Source of the DNA: a virus
Taxonomy: Duplodnaviria > Caudoviricetes
Reading direction: 5' to 3' (one strand)
Virus record (IMG/VR): IMGVR_UViG_3300028195_000196
Location: 1 to 38,506 of that record
DNA length: 38,506 nucleotides
Part shown: piece by piece, positions 1 to 9,657 of the stretch
Position numbering within the stretch: position 1 is the first letter of the stretch
How the letters are laid out: each line of letters starts with the position of its first letter
The notes under the pieces: generated by a model
What the model was told of the DNA's origin: nothing
The model's database searches: none
What the model saw: the letters and a program-made list of their open reading frames with translations, nothing else
Position numbers and translations under genes: made by a program

Positions 1-127
1 GACTCAGCTCAAGAGGCTCAGGGTGGTTTAATGATGGCAGTTGATGGTACTCCAGACACCTATGCCTGGATTATTTCAAGAAATGGAACAACAACCAACG
101 CATATAGACTACAAATAGTTGTTGGAG
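1..127. repeat. Terminal direct repeat, identical to 38380-38506 (circular assembly overlap)
   Basis: GACTCAGCTCAAGAGG...GTTGTTGGAG occurs at both ends; 127 bp matches a common assembler k-mer; an ORF reads through the junction. Confidence 0.95.
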
Positions 128-2298
128 GATCAAGTGTTTATTCTTTTAATACAGCAATCACTAAGGGAAAGAATGTAAAGATTGAATACAACACAGATAA
201 TAATGAGATTAAGTTTTATTATTACAACTCTGGTTGGGTTCAAATGGGTACAACTCAAACCTATGATCTTGGAGATGTTTTATATACATATATGACATCA
301 TCTGATAATACTGCTTTTAATGGTGCTAATCCTATTACCATTGATGATCTTTATTTTTCAAAGGGTGCTTATACATCAGCAACTCCATCAAGTTATGTTT
401 TTACAGATGATTTTACTGGAACAACTATTGATACAGCTAAATGGGATGAAACAGATCCTAATGGAAGAATATCTCAAAGTGGAAACCTAGCTCTTAATAA
501 TCCTCATAGCTCTAATAGGGCTTATTTTGATGATTACTTACAATCAGTTGATTCTATTGACTCTACACCTGGTGGTAGCGGAGATTGGACTGGCTCACTA
601 GAAATACAATCAGATAATACTAAAGTATCAGGAAGCAGTAACTTAACAGACTACCCAGCTCTAATAGCAGATGGAAACTTAACAAGTGATGTATATGCAG
701 GGTTGAATACTGGTGAGATAAATGATACTGGATATTTAAATGATTCTACCCTTAAAGCATATTATAGATTTGAAAGTGGTGCTTTAACTACTGACACATC
801 TGGAGAATCACATACTCTTAGTGCAATAGCTACACCAACAGAAACAACTGGTAAGTTTGGTGGTGGAGTTGCTCTAGCTTCAGCTTCTTCTCAAGCATAT
901 TCAGCAACAGATCACGCAGATTTTAAACCAACTGGAAACTTCAGTGTAACTGCTTGGGTTAAAACCAGCACATCTGGTGCTATGACTATTTTTCAGTCAT
1001 ATTCACAAAACACTGCTGTAGCTGGAATAAGATTAGAAATCTTAAATGGTCAAATAGCTTTAATAAGTGGAAAAAATAGTGGAACAACACTTAATACTGA
1101 TTTTGTAGAACCATTTACAACAAAAACTGTAAATGATGGATCATGGCATCATTTAGCAGGAACATGGGATGGATCAACTGTAAAAGTATATATAGATGGG
1201 CAACTAGATGCTTCAGCATCTTGGGCTAATGCTCCTGTATATGGTGGAACAAGTTATGTCAGAGTAGGAACTAGAAATAGTACTGGAACAAACTTTCAGT
1301 TTTGGGATGGTGATTTAGATGATATTGCTTTATTTAATGGAAAGGCTTTGTCAGCTAAAGATGTTCAAGCTCTTTATGAGGGTGGATCAGACCTCCGTAT
1401 CACCACAGACTCAGCAGGTACAACAGAAGTACCTTTTGAAATAGTTAGTTTAGATACAGCAGGATCTACAGCAGAGATATGGGCTAAAGTACCTACTCTA
1501 AGCTATAACTCAGCTACAAGCCTATTTATCTGGTATGGAAACTCAGATGCAGTAGCCTATGACGCAGATGCTACTTTTGGTAGTGAGAATGTGTGGGGAA
1601 GCACTTATAGATATGTAGATCACTTAGAAGGACAGTCTCTTGATAGTACCTCTAATGGAGCAGACGGAACTGATACTAATATTACTTATTCTGATGCTAA
1701 TGGGAAAATAGGTCAGGGTGGTAGTTGGAATGGATCAGATAGTAAAATAGTAGTTACCGATAGTTCTGCTTTAAAACCAACTGGAAACTGGACTGTTAGT
1801 GCGTGGGTAAAAACAGATACAAATGATGGTCGTATCTTTCAAACCTACTCAGAAAATACTAATAGGGCAGGAATACTTTTATACATGGATGGTGCTAAAG
1901 CTAAAATAAGAAGTGGTAGAAATACTGGTTCTGTTTTAGGAACAGACTATCAACAACTTAATTCAACCAATGATATTACTACAGACACATATATTCTTGT
2001 AACTGCAAGATATGACGGAACAAATATTGGAATGTATTTAAACGGAACAGGAGAAACTTCTGTATCTTGGACAAATGCCTCTGGTTATGCAGGAACTAAT
2101 TATGTAAGAGTTGGAATACAAAATAACTCTGGATCAGACATTATTCCCCTTGATGGAGAAATAGATGAGGTTAGGCTTGTTGGAGAAGCTCTATCTAATG
2201 ACTGGATCACCACTGAATACAACAACCAAAACAGTCCTAGTACATTCTGGACACCAGTTAGCGGAGTAACATTTACTCCAAAGGTAATGTTCTTTTAA
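31..2298 (+). CDS. Putative receptor-binding/adhesin protein with lectin-like, LamG (x2) and DUF2341-like domains; true start probably ATG 38341 across the circular junction
   Basis: Two LamG-like repeats (FSVTAWVKT...WHHLAGTWDG...YIDG...GDLDDIA; WTVSAWVKT...GEIDEVR); DUF2341-like SDLRIT...EIWAKVP...IWYGN; 38341 ATG ATA ATA... is in frame. Confidence 0.8.
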   Translation: MMAVDGTPDTYAWIISRNGTTTNAYRLQIVVGGSSVYSFNTAITKGKNVKIEYNTDNNEIKFYYYNSGWVQMGTTQTYDLGDVLYTYMTSSDNTAFNGANPITIDDLYFSKGAYTSATPSSYVFTDDFTGTTIDTAKWDETDPNGRISQSGNLALNNPHSSNRAYFDDYLQSVDSIDSTPGGSGDWTGSLEIQSDNTKVSGSSNLTDYPALIADGNLTSDVYAGLNTGEINDTGYLNDSTLKAYYRFESGALTTDTSGESHTLSAIATPTETTGKFGGGVALASASSQAYSATDHADFKPTGNFSVTAWVKTSTSGAMTIFQSYSQNTAVAGIRLEILNGQIALISGKNSGTTLNTDFVEPFTTKTVNDGSWHHLAGTWDGSTVKVYIDGQLDASASWANAPVYGGTSYVRVGTRNSTGTNFQFWDGDLDDIALFNGKALSAKDVQALYEGGSDLRITTDSAGTTEVPFEIVSLDTAGSTAEIWAKVPTLSYNSATSLFIWYGNSDAVAYDADATFGSENVWGSTYRYVDHLEGQSLDSTSNGADGTDTNITYSDANGKIGQGGSWNGSDSKIVVTDSSALKPTGNWTVSAWVKTDTNDGRIFQTYSENTNRAGILLYMDGAKAKIRSGRNTGSVLGTDYQQLNSTNDITTDTYILVTARYDGTNIGMYLNGTGETSVSWTNASGYAGTNYVRVGIQNNSGSDIIPLDGEIDEVRLVGEALSNDWITTEYNNQNSPSTFWTPVSGVTFTPKVMFF

Positions 2299-2299
2299 T

Positions 2300-2494
2300 A
2301 TGACAACATGGACAGACATAAATACTATAGAAACAGGATGGACAGTAGGAGACGGTTTTAATCAAGACGTAGCACTACTTTTTGACAATGCACTACCCTA
2401 TAACATTGACTACGTGGCTTATGACGGATATTATGTAGAAGGAAACACAGATTGGGCAACAGGCACCCAACTAGAAACAGCCTGGAAAGAATAA
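2300..2494 (+). CDS. Small acidic, Trp/Tyr-rich virion-associated protein
   Basis: Tightly packed ORF in the tail module. Confidence 0.6.
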   Translation: MTTWTDINTIETGWTVGDGFNQDVALLFDNALPYNIDYVAYDGYYVEGNTDWATGTQLETAWKE

Positions 2495-2495
2495 T

Positions 2496-3203
2496 ATGAC
2501 ACTTAACGAGATGCTAGCAGATTTAAACGCAAGAATCGGATCTGAACCAGAGATAGATAACGCACAAATGACCTATTGGATTAACCAAGCTATGAGAGCT
2601 TTCTGTATGGAATCAGACTTCTCATGGTTAGAGAAAAAACAAACAGCTTCAACCGTAGCTTCACAAGCAGAATATGTAGTCCCAACAGACTATAAGAGAG
2701 CAACTGAAGTACAAATAGACTCAACATCAACCTCTAAGAATGTGTACAGGTTCACACCTCATGAGTTAAGAGACTTGGTTGAGACAAGTGAAAAGACTTT
2801 CACAGAGTTTGGTGGCAAGTTAGTAATCCACCCTACCCCAAGTACAACTACAAGTAACAACATTGAGCTTTGGTACATTAGAAAACCAACCAACTTAACT
2901 GACGCTGGAGATAGCCCAAGTGACTCAGACATAGCTAATATGCCAGAGGAATATCATGAGGCTTTAATCCTCTACGCATTCGCTACTTACAACTCATACG
3001 ATGAAGAACAATCAGAAGCTAGACTTATTATGGGTAATCCAAGGAGTCCGATTCCTGGAACTTACCAATACTTTGTAAACCTTGCTAAGAGAGAAGATAG
3101 TAAAAAGAAGAGAGGTGCTAGAGTCAAGATGATGAGCAAGCAAGAGTTCACAGGCTACAAGCAACCAAATCGTACAGGAAACTCAAGTCCTTTAAGGCTC
3201 TAA
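2496..3203 (+). CDS. Head-tail adaptor / tail tubular protein A-like
   Basis: MTLNEML...WINQA..., IHPTP, WYIRKP, MPEEYHEALILYA motifs typical of podovirus adaptors; precedes the nozzle gene. Confidence 0.75.
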   Translation: MTLNEMLADLNARIGSEPEIDNAQMTYWINQAMRAFCMESDFSWLEKKQTASTVASQAEYVVPTDYKRATEVQIDSTSTSKNVYRFTPHELRDLVETSEKTFTEFGGKLVIHPTPSTTTSNNIELWYIRKPTNLTDAGDSPSDSDIANMPEEYHEALILYAFATYNSYDEEQSEARLIMGNPRSPIPGTYQYFVNLAKREDSKKKRGARVKMMSKQEFTGYKQPNRTGNSSPLRL

Positions 3204-3204
3204 T

Positions 3205-4776
3205 ATGGCTAGAAACTTTTTTAACTACATAAACTATTCATACAGCGGAGGAATGAACGATGCTGATGAGATCGACCAACTTCGTGATGAAGAGGCTGTC
3301 TTAGTCCAGAACGCTTACGTTAGTAGTGTGGGTGCTTTGGAGAAGAGAGCTGGTATGAGTGCTGTCGGAGATGACACAGGCTCTACTGCAATCACAGGCT
3401 TAACAGGATGGAGAGAAGATGACGGTACGAAGTGGATTTTAAGTACCACAGGAACTAATCTAAGGTACCTAAACAGTGCTACATGGACAACCATGGACAA
3501 TGGCTTTACCACTGGTTTAGACACCGAATATGTGATCGCTAATAATAAGATGTATTTGTTCAATGGAACTGATAATACTCACTCCTGGGATGGAGCAAGT
3601 GTTGTACTAAACTCAGGTCTAGTAGACATGGGTGCAACTACAGTTCCTAAAGCCAAATACGGACTATGGTGGAAGAACTACCTTTTTATGGCTGGTGAAT
3701 CAGATCTTAACGGAACTAAATATCCAGCAAGAGTATGGTTCTCAAACATTGGAGACCCAGACACTTTCACTACAGGAACAGACTACTTTGATGTAGGACT
3801 ATCTGATGGACAAGAAATCACAGGATTGGGGATACTTGGTGAATATCTAGTAGTCTTTAAACGCAAATCTGTATATGTTCTCTCTGGTAGCGGACCAGCA
3901 GACTGGAAACTATCAGGAACAGTAAATAACTTAGTAAATGTGGAAAACTCAATCGGATGTGTATCTCACAGATCAATCGTACAAATCGGAAACGATCTAT
4001 GGTTTATGAGTGATGATGGAATCAGATCCTTGAGGAGAAACGAAGAGGGTGGATCACCTTTAACTGGAATAGTATCTGGAAACATCCAGGGAACTATAGA
4101 CAGTCTTAACCCATCAGCTTTAGATAAGATATGTGCAACTCTATACGACAAGAGAGTTTATTATGCTATGCCTACAGGCTCTAGCACTTATAACAACATT
4201 GTCATGGTTGCAGATACAAGAATAACTTTAGATAAACCTTACAATCCATTTCCATGGACTAAGTACACAGGGTGGCAGCCAGCAGTATTTGCTGTGCACA
4301 GACCGAGCAGTCAACTCACCCTTTACTTCGGTAACGGATCAGCAGATTCCAAAGTCTTCATAGGGGAGACTGGATCAACTGACGTTGCTGCGGTTGGGAC
4401 ACTAGCAAACAGTGGAAAGATCGACTTTGACTACAGATCAAAGATGATCGACCTAAGACAACCAGAGATGGATAAAACCTTCAGGTTTATGAAGGTGGGA
4501 GTCCAATCTGGTGGCGACTATGATGTGACTGTCTACACGAGTGTGGATGGACAGGTATATACCAATAGGGGAGTTATTAACCTCTCCTCTGGAGATCTTT
4601 GGAACACAGGAGTCTGGGATACAGCTACCTGGGGTTATCAAGGTGAAATAAAGAAGAAGTTTTCAACTATTAGAGCATCAGAACAAATCCAAGTCAGGTT
4701 TGAGAACGATGCAGCAGGTGAAGACGTTAAAATGTATCCATATACACTAGCTATCAAAACGAAAAAGGTGAAGTAA
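3205..4776 (+). CDS. Tail nozzle / tubular protein B (P22 gp10-like beta-propeller)
   Basis: YSGGMN N-terminus, GALEKRAG, VWFSNIGDP, LVVFK, IGCVS...SI, WFMSDDGI motifs; synteny. Confidence 0.8.
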   Translation: MARNFFNYINYSYSGGMNDADEIDQLRDEEAVLVQNAYVSSVGALEKRAGMSAVGDDTGSTAITGLTGWREDDGTKWILSTTGTNLRYLNSATWTTMDNGFTTGLDTEYVIANNKMYLFNGTDNTHSWDGASVVLNSGLVDMGATTVPKAKYGLWWKNYLFMAGESDLNGTKYPARVWFSNIGDPDTFTTGTDYFDVGLSDGQEITGLGILGEYLVVFKRKSVYVLSGSGPADWKLSGTVNNLVNVENSIGCVSHRSIVQIGNDLWFMSDDGIRSLRRNEEGGSPLTGIVSGNIQGTIDSLNPSALDKICATLYDKRVYYAMPTGSSTYNNIVMVADTRITLDKPYNPFPWTKYTGWQPAVFAVHRPSSQLTLYFGNGSADSKVFIGETGSTDVAAVGTLANSGKIDFDYRSKMIDLRQPEMDKTFRFMKVGVQSGGDYDVTVYTSVDGQVYTNRGVINLSSGDLWNTGVWDTATWGYQGEIKKKFSTIRASEQIQVRFENDAAGEDVKMYPYTLAIKTKKVK

Positions 4777-5252
4777 TGAACTGCATAGAATGCAATAACG
4801 AGTTCAAACCAAAGAGGAAAGAGCAGGTTTTTTGTAGTAGGAAATGTTCTTGTCTTAGTAATGGTCGTATTGGTGCAGATAAAACCAGAGGAATCAAAAC
4901 TGGTTCATTATCAAAATGGATAAGAGAGAAGATTAGTAAAGCTAACAAGGGAGTTCAGACATGGGGTGGAAGTAGAAATACACCATGGATGATTGGAGAG
5001 AATAACTGCAACTGGAAAGGTGATGAAGTAGATTATCACGACCTTCATAAATGGGTAACCAGATGGAAGGGTAATATTAAAAAATGTGAGATGTGTGGCT
5101 TAGATGATAAAAATAAAAGATATCACTGGGCTAATATAGATCATAAGTATAAAAGGGTTTTGGAGGATTACATTCGTCTCTGTCCAAAATGCCATGGTCA
5201 ATATGACAAAAACAAAGGATTAAGAAAAAGACGGATACAAAGGAGAAAATAA
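4776..5252 (+). CDS. HNH-type homing endonuclease with N-terminal Zn finger and NUMOD3-like motif
   Basis: CIEC..FCSRKC; EKISKANKG; core LHKWV..CEMCG..HWANIDHKYKR..LCPKCH. Confidence 0.8.
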   Translation: MNCIECNNEFKPKRKEQVFCSRKCSCLSNGRIGADKTRGIKTGSLSKWIREKISKANKGVQTWGGSRNTPWMIGENNCNWKGDEVDYHDLHKWVTRWKGNIKKCEMCGLDDKNKRYHWANIDHKYKRVLEDYIRLCPKCHGQYDKNKGLRKRRIQRRK

Positions 5253-5800
5253 TGGGAACCATAGTCAGGCCGAACAGTTACACAGCAGGAAACACGATCG
5301 ATCCTACTGAAAACAATGACAACGAAACAACGATCTACAACGAGTTTAATGGAGGTATCGATAACGATAACATTGATGCTTCAGCAGGTATAGTCGAGAG
5401 TAAGTTATCTTTCAACACCAGCACAGGACATAGTCACAATGGAACAGACTCAAAAGCTATTCCAAACGGATATGGATTTGCTATAACAGGAACTCTTACT
5501 ACAGGAACAAGTGTAACTAACGCTCATGTAGTAATCGGAGCACAAACAGTTACTAAGGCATACGCCTATGTAAAGACTGCACCAACAGCAGCAGATCTAA
5601 TCATAGACATTAACCTTAATGGAACATCTATCTGGGCAACAACCCAGGCTAACAGATTAACAATCTCAGCAGCAGGAACAGAGGCAACTCAATCAAGCTT
5701 TGATACTACAGCTCTCTCTGACGAAGATGTACTAACAGTAGATATCGACCAAGTCGGTTCTTCCGTCTCGGGGGCTGATCTAACTATTGTGTTGAAGTAA
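5252..5800 (+). CDS. Short tail-fibre anchor protein
   Basis: Tail-attachment-like N-terminus, GHSHNGTDS motif; C-terminal domain similar to that of 36089-37810. Confidence 0.65.
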   Translation: MGTIVRPNSYTAGNTIDPTENNDNETTIYNEFNGGIDNDNIDASAGIVESKLSFNTSTGHSHNGTDSKAIPNGYGFAITGTLTTGTSVTNAHVVIGAQTVTKAYAYVKTAPTAADLIIDINLNGTSIWATTQANRLTISAAGTEATQSSFDTTALSDEDVLTVDIDQVGSSVSGADLTIVLK

Positions 5801-5838
5801 CACTAGGTAGGAAGTACGAAGTGTGGTAGCATGACCAC

Positions 5839-6315
5839 ATGAATAGAACAAAAAAAGGAACCTTTAAAAAAGGATCAAAACCCTGGAACAAGGGACAAAA
5901 AAAGCAAGCCACATGCAAAGTTTGCAAAAAGAACTTTAACAAGTATGGAAAGAGCGGGAACTTAAAAAAAACCTGCTCAAAGGAATGTAGGATTAAAGCT
6001 ATAAAAATAGCTAGGTCTAAACAAGTAATAACTAAAAAACATCGTGAGGCTATAAGCAAGTCACTAAGACAAGAAAAAGCCAAACAATGGAAAGGAAACA
6101 GGGTTAGTTACAGCGGTTTACATAGATGGCTGTACAAATACAAAATAAGACCAGATGAGTGCCAATATTGTGGAAAACCAAACAAAACAATAAATAATAG
6201 AAGCTATCTTCATTGGGCAAATATATCTGGAGAATATAAGAGAGAACTAAATGACTACATTGCTTTATGCCCATCTTGTCATAAAAAGTACGACTTAGGA
6301 TATATAAACATATAA
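5839..6315 (+). CDS. HNH-type homing endonuclease (paralog of 4776 and 37825)
   Basis: KGTFKKGSKPWNKG motif, CKVC..CSKEC, LHRWL..CQYCG..HWANISGEYKR..LCPSCH. Confidence 0.8.
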   Translation: MNRTKKGTFKKGSKPWNKGQKKQATCKVCKKNFNKYGKSGNLKKTCSKECRIKAIKIARSKQVITKKHREAISKSLRQEKAKQWKGNRVSYSGLHRWLYKYKIRPDECQYCGKPNKTINNRSYLHWANISGEYKRELNDYIALCPSCHKKYDLGYINI

Positions 6316-6322
6316 AGGATAT

Positions 6323-6559
6323 ATGAAAAAAACATTAACAAGAGAAATAACAATCTGCGACTTCTGCGACACAGATGTAGATGCAGTAGGAGTAGTACAA
6401 CCATCTGGTAAAGATGTATGTGCTAAACATTACGCAGCTTTCATGGAAGAGGTAAGACTACCAGAGGAAATGAATGAGGAAATGTCTGGTCTAAGACTAC
6501 CAGTAGATCCAGGATTCAATGTAAAAATGAAAATAGTATACAAAGAGGAAAAGAAATAA
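6323..6559 (+). CDS. Small Zn-binding hypothetical protein
   Basis: CDFC...CAKH; AAGGA upstream. Confidence 0.65.
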   Translation: MKKTLTREITICDFCDTDVDAVGVVQPSGKDVCAKHYAAFMEEVRLPEEMNEEMSGLRLPVDPGFNVKMKIVYKEEKK

Positions 6560-7648
6560 ATGGCACAACGCTATCTTGGAATAGGCAACGGTAAAGATGG
6601 GGTTGTAGCTCTTGGTAGCTATACACCCCTCAAGTACACCTGCTCTGGAACATCTGGTGCGTCCTCGCTTACAGCCACTGGCACTTTTGCTGCTGGCGAC
6701 AGATTGTTCATTATCCAATCAAGAGGAACTGGTGTTGGAGCTTATGAAGACAACAGAGTCGCTTCCTATGCTACTGGTACGGTTACGCTAGTACACCCTT
6801 TAGAGAATACTTATACAGACTCAGGAGCTTCACAGGCTCAGGTACTGATAGTTAAAGAAGCAAGTGAAGTCACAGGCTCTCTAACAGTAGACGCATGGGA
6901 TGGAGATGATGGAGGAGTATTTGCAATAGCTTGTTCAGGAACTTTCTCTGGAACAGTTACAGCAAGTGGCAAAGGTTACAGGGGTGGTGCAGTCCCAGGT
7001 GGGTACACAAGAGGTGCTTCTGGAGAAGGAACTTCTGGAGCTAGTGTAGCAAACACTGCAACAGCAAATGGAAACTCAGGAGGTGGTGGTGGACAAAACA
7101 CTGCAAACCCATACTGCGGTGATGGTGGATCTGGTGGACACGCTAGTAGTGGAACTACAAGCGGAGGACCAACTGGTTATCCTGGATATGGAGGTGCATC
7201 AGTAGGTCAAGCAACCTTAACCTCTTTATATTTTGGAGGAGCAGGTGGATCTGGTGGTACTACTTATGATGCAAACATAGGTGGAGTTGGTGGTGCTAGT
7301 GGTGGAATAATAGTTGTTTATTCTGGGAGTATTATAAGTAGTGCTTCTTTGGTCTCAAATGGTGGTAATGGTGGTAACGGAGGTAGTGGAGGTGGAGGCG
7401 GAGCAGGTGGAGCAGGAGGCTCTATCTTAGTAAAATCTAAAACAGTAGATGTTTCAGGAACTATTACAGCATCAGCTGGAACTGGTGGAACTTCAGGATA
7501 TGTTTATTCATCTGGTGGACGAGCACCTAGCGGATCAGTTGGAAGAATCAGAATAGAATCATGTAGCGTATCAGGAACAACAAGCCCAAGTGCTAGTGAG
7601 TCCACAGGTGGACATGACTACTGCGGTGGAGGAATATTTATAATTTAA
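6560..7648 (+). CDS. Glycine-rich adhesin / receptor-binding protein
   Basis: Polyglycine runs (GGGGGAGGAGGSI), WDGDDGGV, GSVGRIRIE; located in the tail module. Confidence 0.7.
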   Translation: MAQRYLGIGNGKDGVVALGSYTPLKYTCSGTSGASSLTATGTFAAGDRLFIIQSRGTGVGAYEDNRVASYATGTVTLVHPLENTYTDSGASQAQVLIVKEASEVTGSLTVDAWDGDDGGVFAIACSGTFSGTVTASGKGYRGGAVPGGYTRGASGEGTSGASVANTATANGNSGGGGGQNTANPYCGDGGSGGHASSGTTSGGPTGYPGYGGASVGQATLTSLYFGGAGGSGGTTYDANIGGVGGASGGIIVVYSGSIISSASLVSNGGNGGNGGSGGGGGAGGAGGSILVKSKTVDVSGTITASAGTGGTSGYVYSSGGRAPSGSVGRIRIESCSVSGTTSPSASESTGGHDYCGGGIFII

Positions 7649-7656
7649 GGAACATT

Positions 7657-8397
7657 ATGTCAGAACAAACCACGTTTAGAAAAACACTAGAAGAACAGCT
7701 TGGACAAGTTGGTAACTATGTTAATGATTTGAGAAAAGAAGCTCAAGGTGATTTTAACTTTATTACTCAGTTTCTAGACAAACAACACAAAATAGCTTTG
7801 GGTTCCAATGATCAAGTTAGGGCTGAGTTCTTTGAACAAGTATCTAACGAACTAGAGAAACAAGTAGGAAGAATACCGTTTGATTTTCAACAAAGAACGG
7901 AAAGAGAAAAGGCAGATCTTCAAGATTTTCTTCAAGCACAAGAGCTAGAGACACAAGATTTACTGAAGAGGGAAAAACAGTTTGCTCAACAACAAACATT
8001 CACTCAAGGAATCGAAGAACAACAACGTAGAGAAGAGTTTAATCGCAGAGGATTACTCGGATCTGGTATTGAGAAGAAGAGAGAAGAACAACAGCGAAGA
8101 CAAAGAGAGTTATTTGAAACTCAGCCATTCCAAAGAGGTGCTGAGCTAGAGAGAGGTAGAAGAGAGCTAGCAACTGAAAGAGGTCAGCTTGAATCAGTTA
8201 GAAGATTAGAAGATATTACTACTGGAGCAAGAAGGGGTGCACAAGACACTGAACTATCAATCGATAGACAGAGAGAAGGTGCACAAAGAGATCTTGATAA
8301 GAGACTGGCAGCTATTCGAAGAGAACAAGTACAAACTGAAGACAGAATCAAAGAGTTAGCACTACAAAGAGAGGAGCTTTCCATAGCTGGATTATAA
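7657..8397 (+). CDS. Putative ejection (internal virion) protein, coiled-coil
   Basis: Q/E/R-rich helical sequence with RRGLLGSG motif; first of four genes after the tail genes. Confidence 0.6.
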   Translation: MSEQTTFRKTLEEQLGQVGNYVNDLRKEAQGDFNFITQFLDKQHKIALGSNDQVRAEFFEQVSNELEKQVGRIPFDFQQRTEREKADLQDFLQAQELETQDLLKREKQFAQQQTFTQGIEEQQRREEFNRRGLLGSGIEKKREEQQRRQRELFETQPFQRGAELERGRRELATERGQLESVRRLEDITTGARRGAQDTELSIDRQREGAQRDLDKRLAAIRREQVQTEDRIKELALQREELSIAGL

Positions 8398-9650
8398 TGT
8401 CCGATTTCAAACAAGACCTATCTAAGTTTCAAAGTGTATCTCAACCAGGACAAGTTGCTCTTCCAGGTGAAGTTTCTTTACCAGGAGGAGATATATCAGA
8501 CTTTAAGAAAGACCTACAAACCTTTAAGGGTGATATTGCAGGACTAGCGGAGCCAGCAGAGATAGCACTCCAAACAGAAGCTATGAAACTACAGGTTAAA
8601 CTAGCCAAAGATGCTGAAAGAGAACGACAACAAGCACTAAGACAAATGAATGCTCAAGATGCTAGAACACAAGTTTCTGAAGGAGATCCTACAACTGGAG
8701 TACAAATGAGTGTTGAGATGCACGGAGATCAAGGATCTATCTTACCAAGTGGAGTTCAGGTTACTCAAAAGTTTGGTAATAAGAATCCAGGAGTTGAAGT
8801 ATTTTCAGGAGGAATAAACTATGGAACAGATTTTGGAGCCAAAAAGGGAACTCCAGTTGCTATACCACCAGGAGAGTGGGAAGTTGTTGATAGTTGGGGT
8901 GGAGCAAAGCGAGAAGGTTTCATTGGAAACGGCGATAACAGTGGATATGGGAATAGCGTACTTATTAGAAACACAGACACTGGAGAGTTAATGAGATATT
9001 CTCACTTAGATAGAGGATCAGTGAGAGCACAGGCAGGTCAGAGGTTAAAAGGAGGAACCATATTTGCTAAGACAGGAAATACTGGTAACTCAACTGGACC
9101 ACACCTTGATCTCGAGTATATCGATTCAAAAGGAAGATACCAAGACGTACTAAATAGCCCTTATGCAGGAGCAATGTTTGGAGCAAGTGGAGGAGGTAAT
9201 CCTCTCAAATCTCTATGGGGATTCTTAAAAGGAGACCTAAACGATCAAAGAGCTAGAGAAATCCAAGAAGTTGGTAATAGATATGGAGGCATGGCTCAAG
9301 CTGGAGTTATGAACACTAGTGGAGACCTTAAAGAAAAAACATTAACAGGAGCACAACTTAATGATAAAGAGGTTGCTAGATTAAATGAAAACGCAATGAT
9401 ATATCCGATAGCTAGAGCTAAAAGAAGTGTGGATCCAATAGCTGACAGAACAGTATTGCTCTCAGCAGAGAGAACAGCCTTAAACCCAAAGACACCAATC
9501 AGCGAGTTTATGACTGCAGACAATAGTATTACTAGACTAGCAGAGAAGCTAGTAAGTAAAAAAGACGTAGCTAAACTTTCAAAGCAGTTCCCTGTAGGAC
9601 AAGAGAGAATCACAGCATTAGTAGACTTAATAGAAAAGAACATAAAATAA
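8397..9650 (+). CDS. Putative ejection protein with M23 peptidase-like domain (non-canonical metal ligands)
   Basis: VTQKFG, NYGTDF..KGTPV, GYGNSV, YSHL, TGNTGNSTGPHLD. Confidence 0.75.
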   Translation: MSDFKQDLSKFQSVSQPGQVALPGEVSLPGGDISDFKKDLQTFKGDIAGLAEPAEIALQTEAMKLQVKLAKDAERERQQALRQMNAQDARTQVSEGDPTTGVQMSVEMHGDQGSILPSGVQVTQKFGNKNPGVEVFSGGINYGTDFGAKKGTPVAIPPGEWEVVDSWGGAKREGFIGNGDNSGYGNSVLIRNTDTGELMRYSHLDRGSVRAQAGQRLKGGTIFAKTGNTGNSTGPHLDLEYIDSKGRYQDVLNSPYAGAMFGASGGGNPLKSLWGFLKGDLNDQRAREIQEVGNRYGGMAQAGVMNTSGDLKEKTLTGAQLNDKEVARLNENAMIYPIARAKRSVDPIADRTVLLSAERTALNPKTPISEFMTADNSITRLAEKLVSKKDVAKLSKQFPVGQERITALVDLIEKNIK

Positions 9651-9657
9651 AGGAAAT

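Noticed and set aside
31-2298. Diversity-generating retroelement acting on the adhesin
   Set aside because: No reverse transcriptase and no TR/VR pair differing at adenines; the LamG repeats diverge generally
4776-6315. Group I introns hosting the HNH genes
   Set aside because: Flanks are 0-38 bp and neighbouring genes end in normal stops; no room for a ribozyme core
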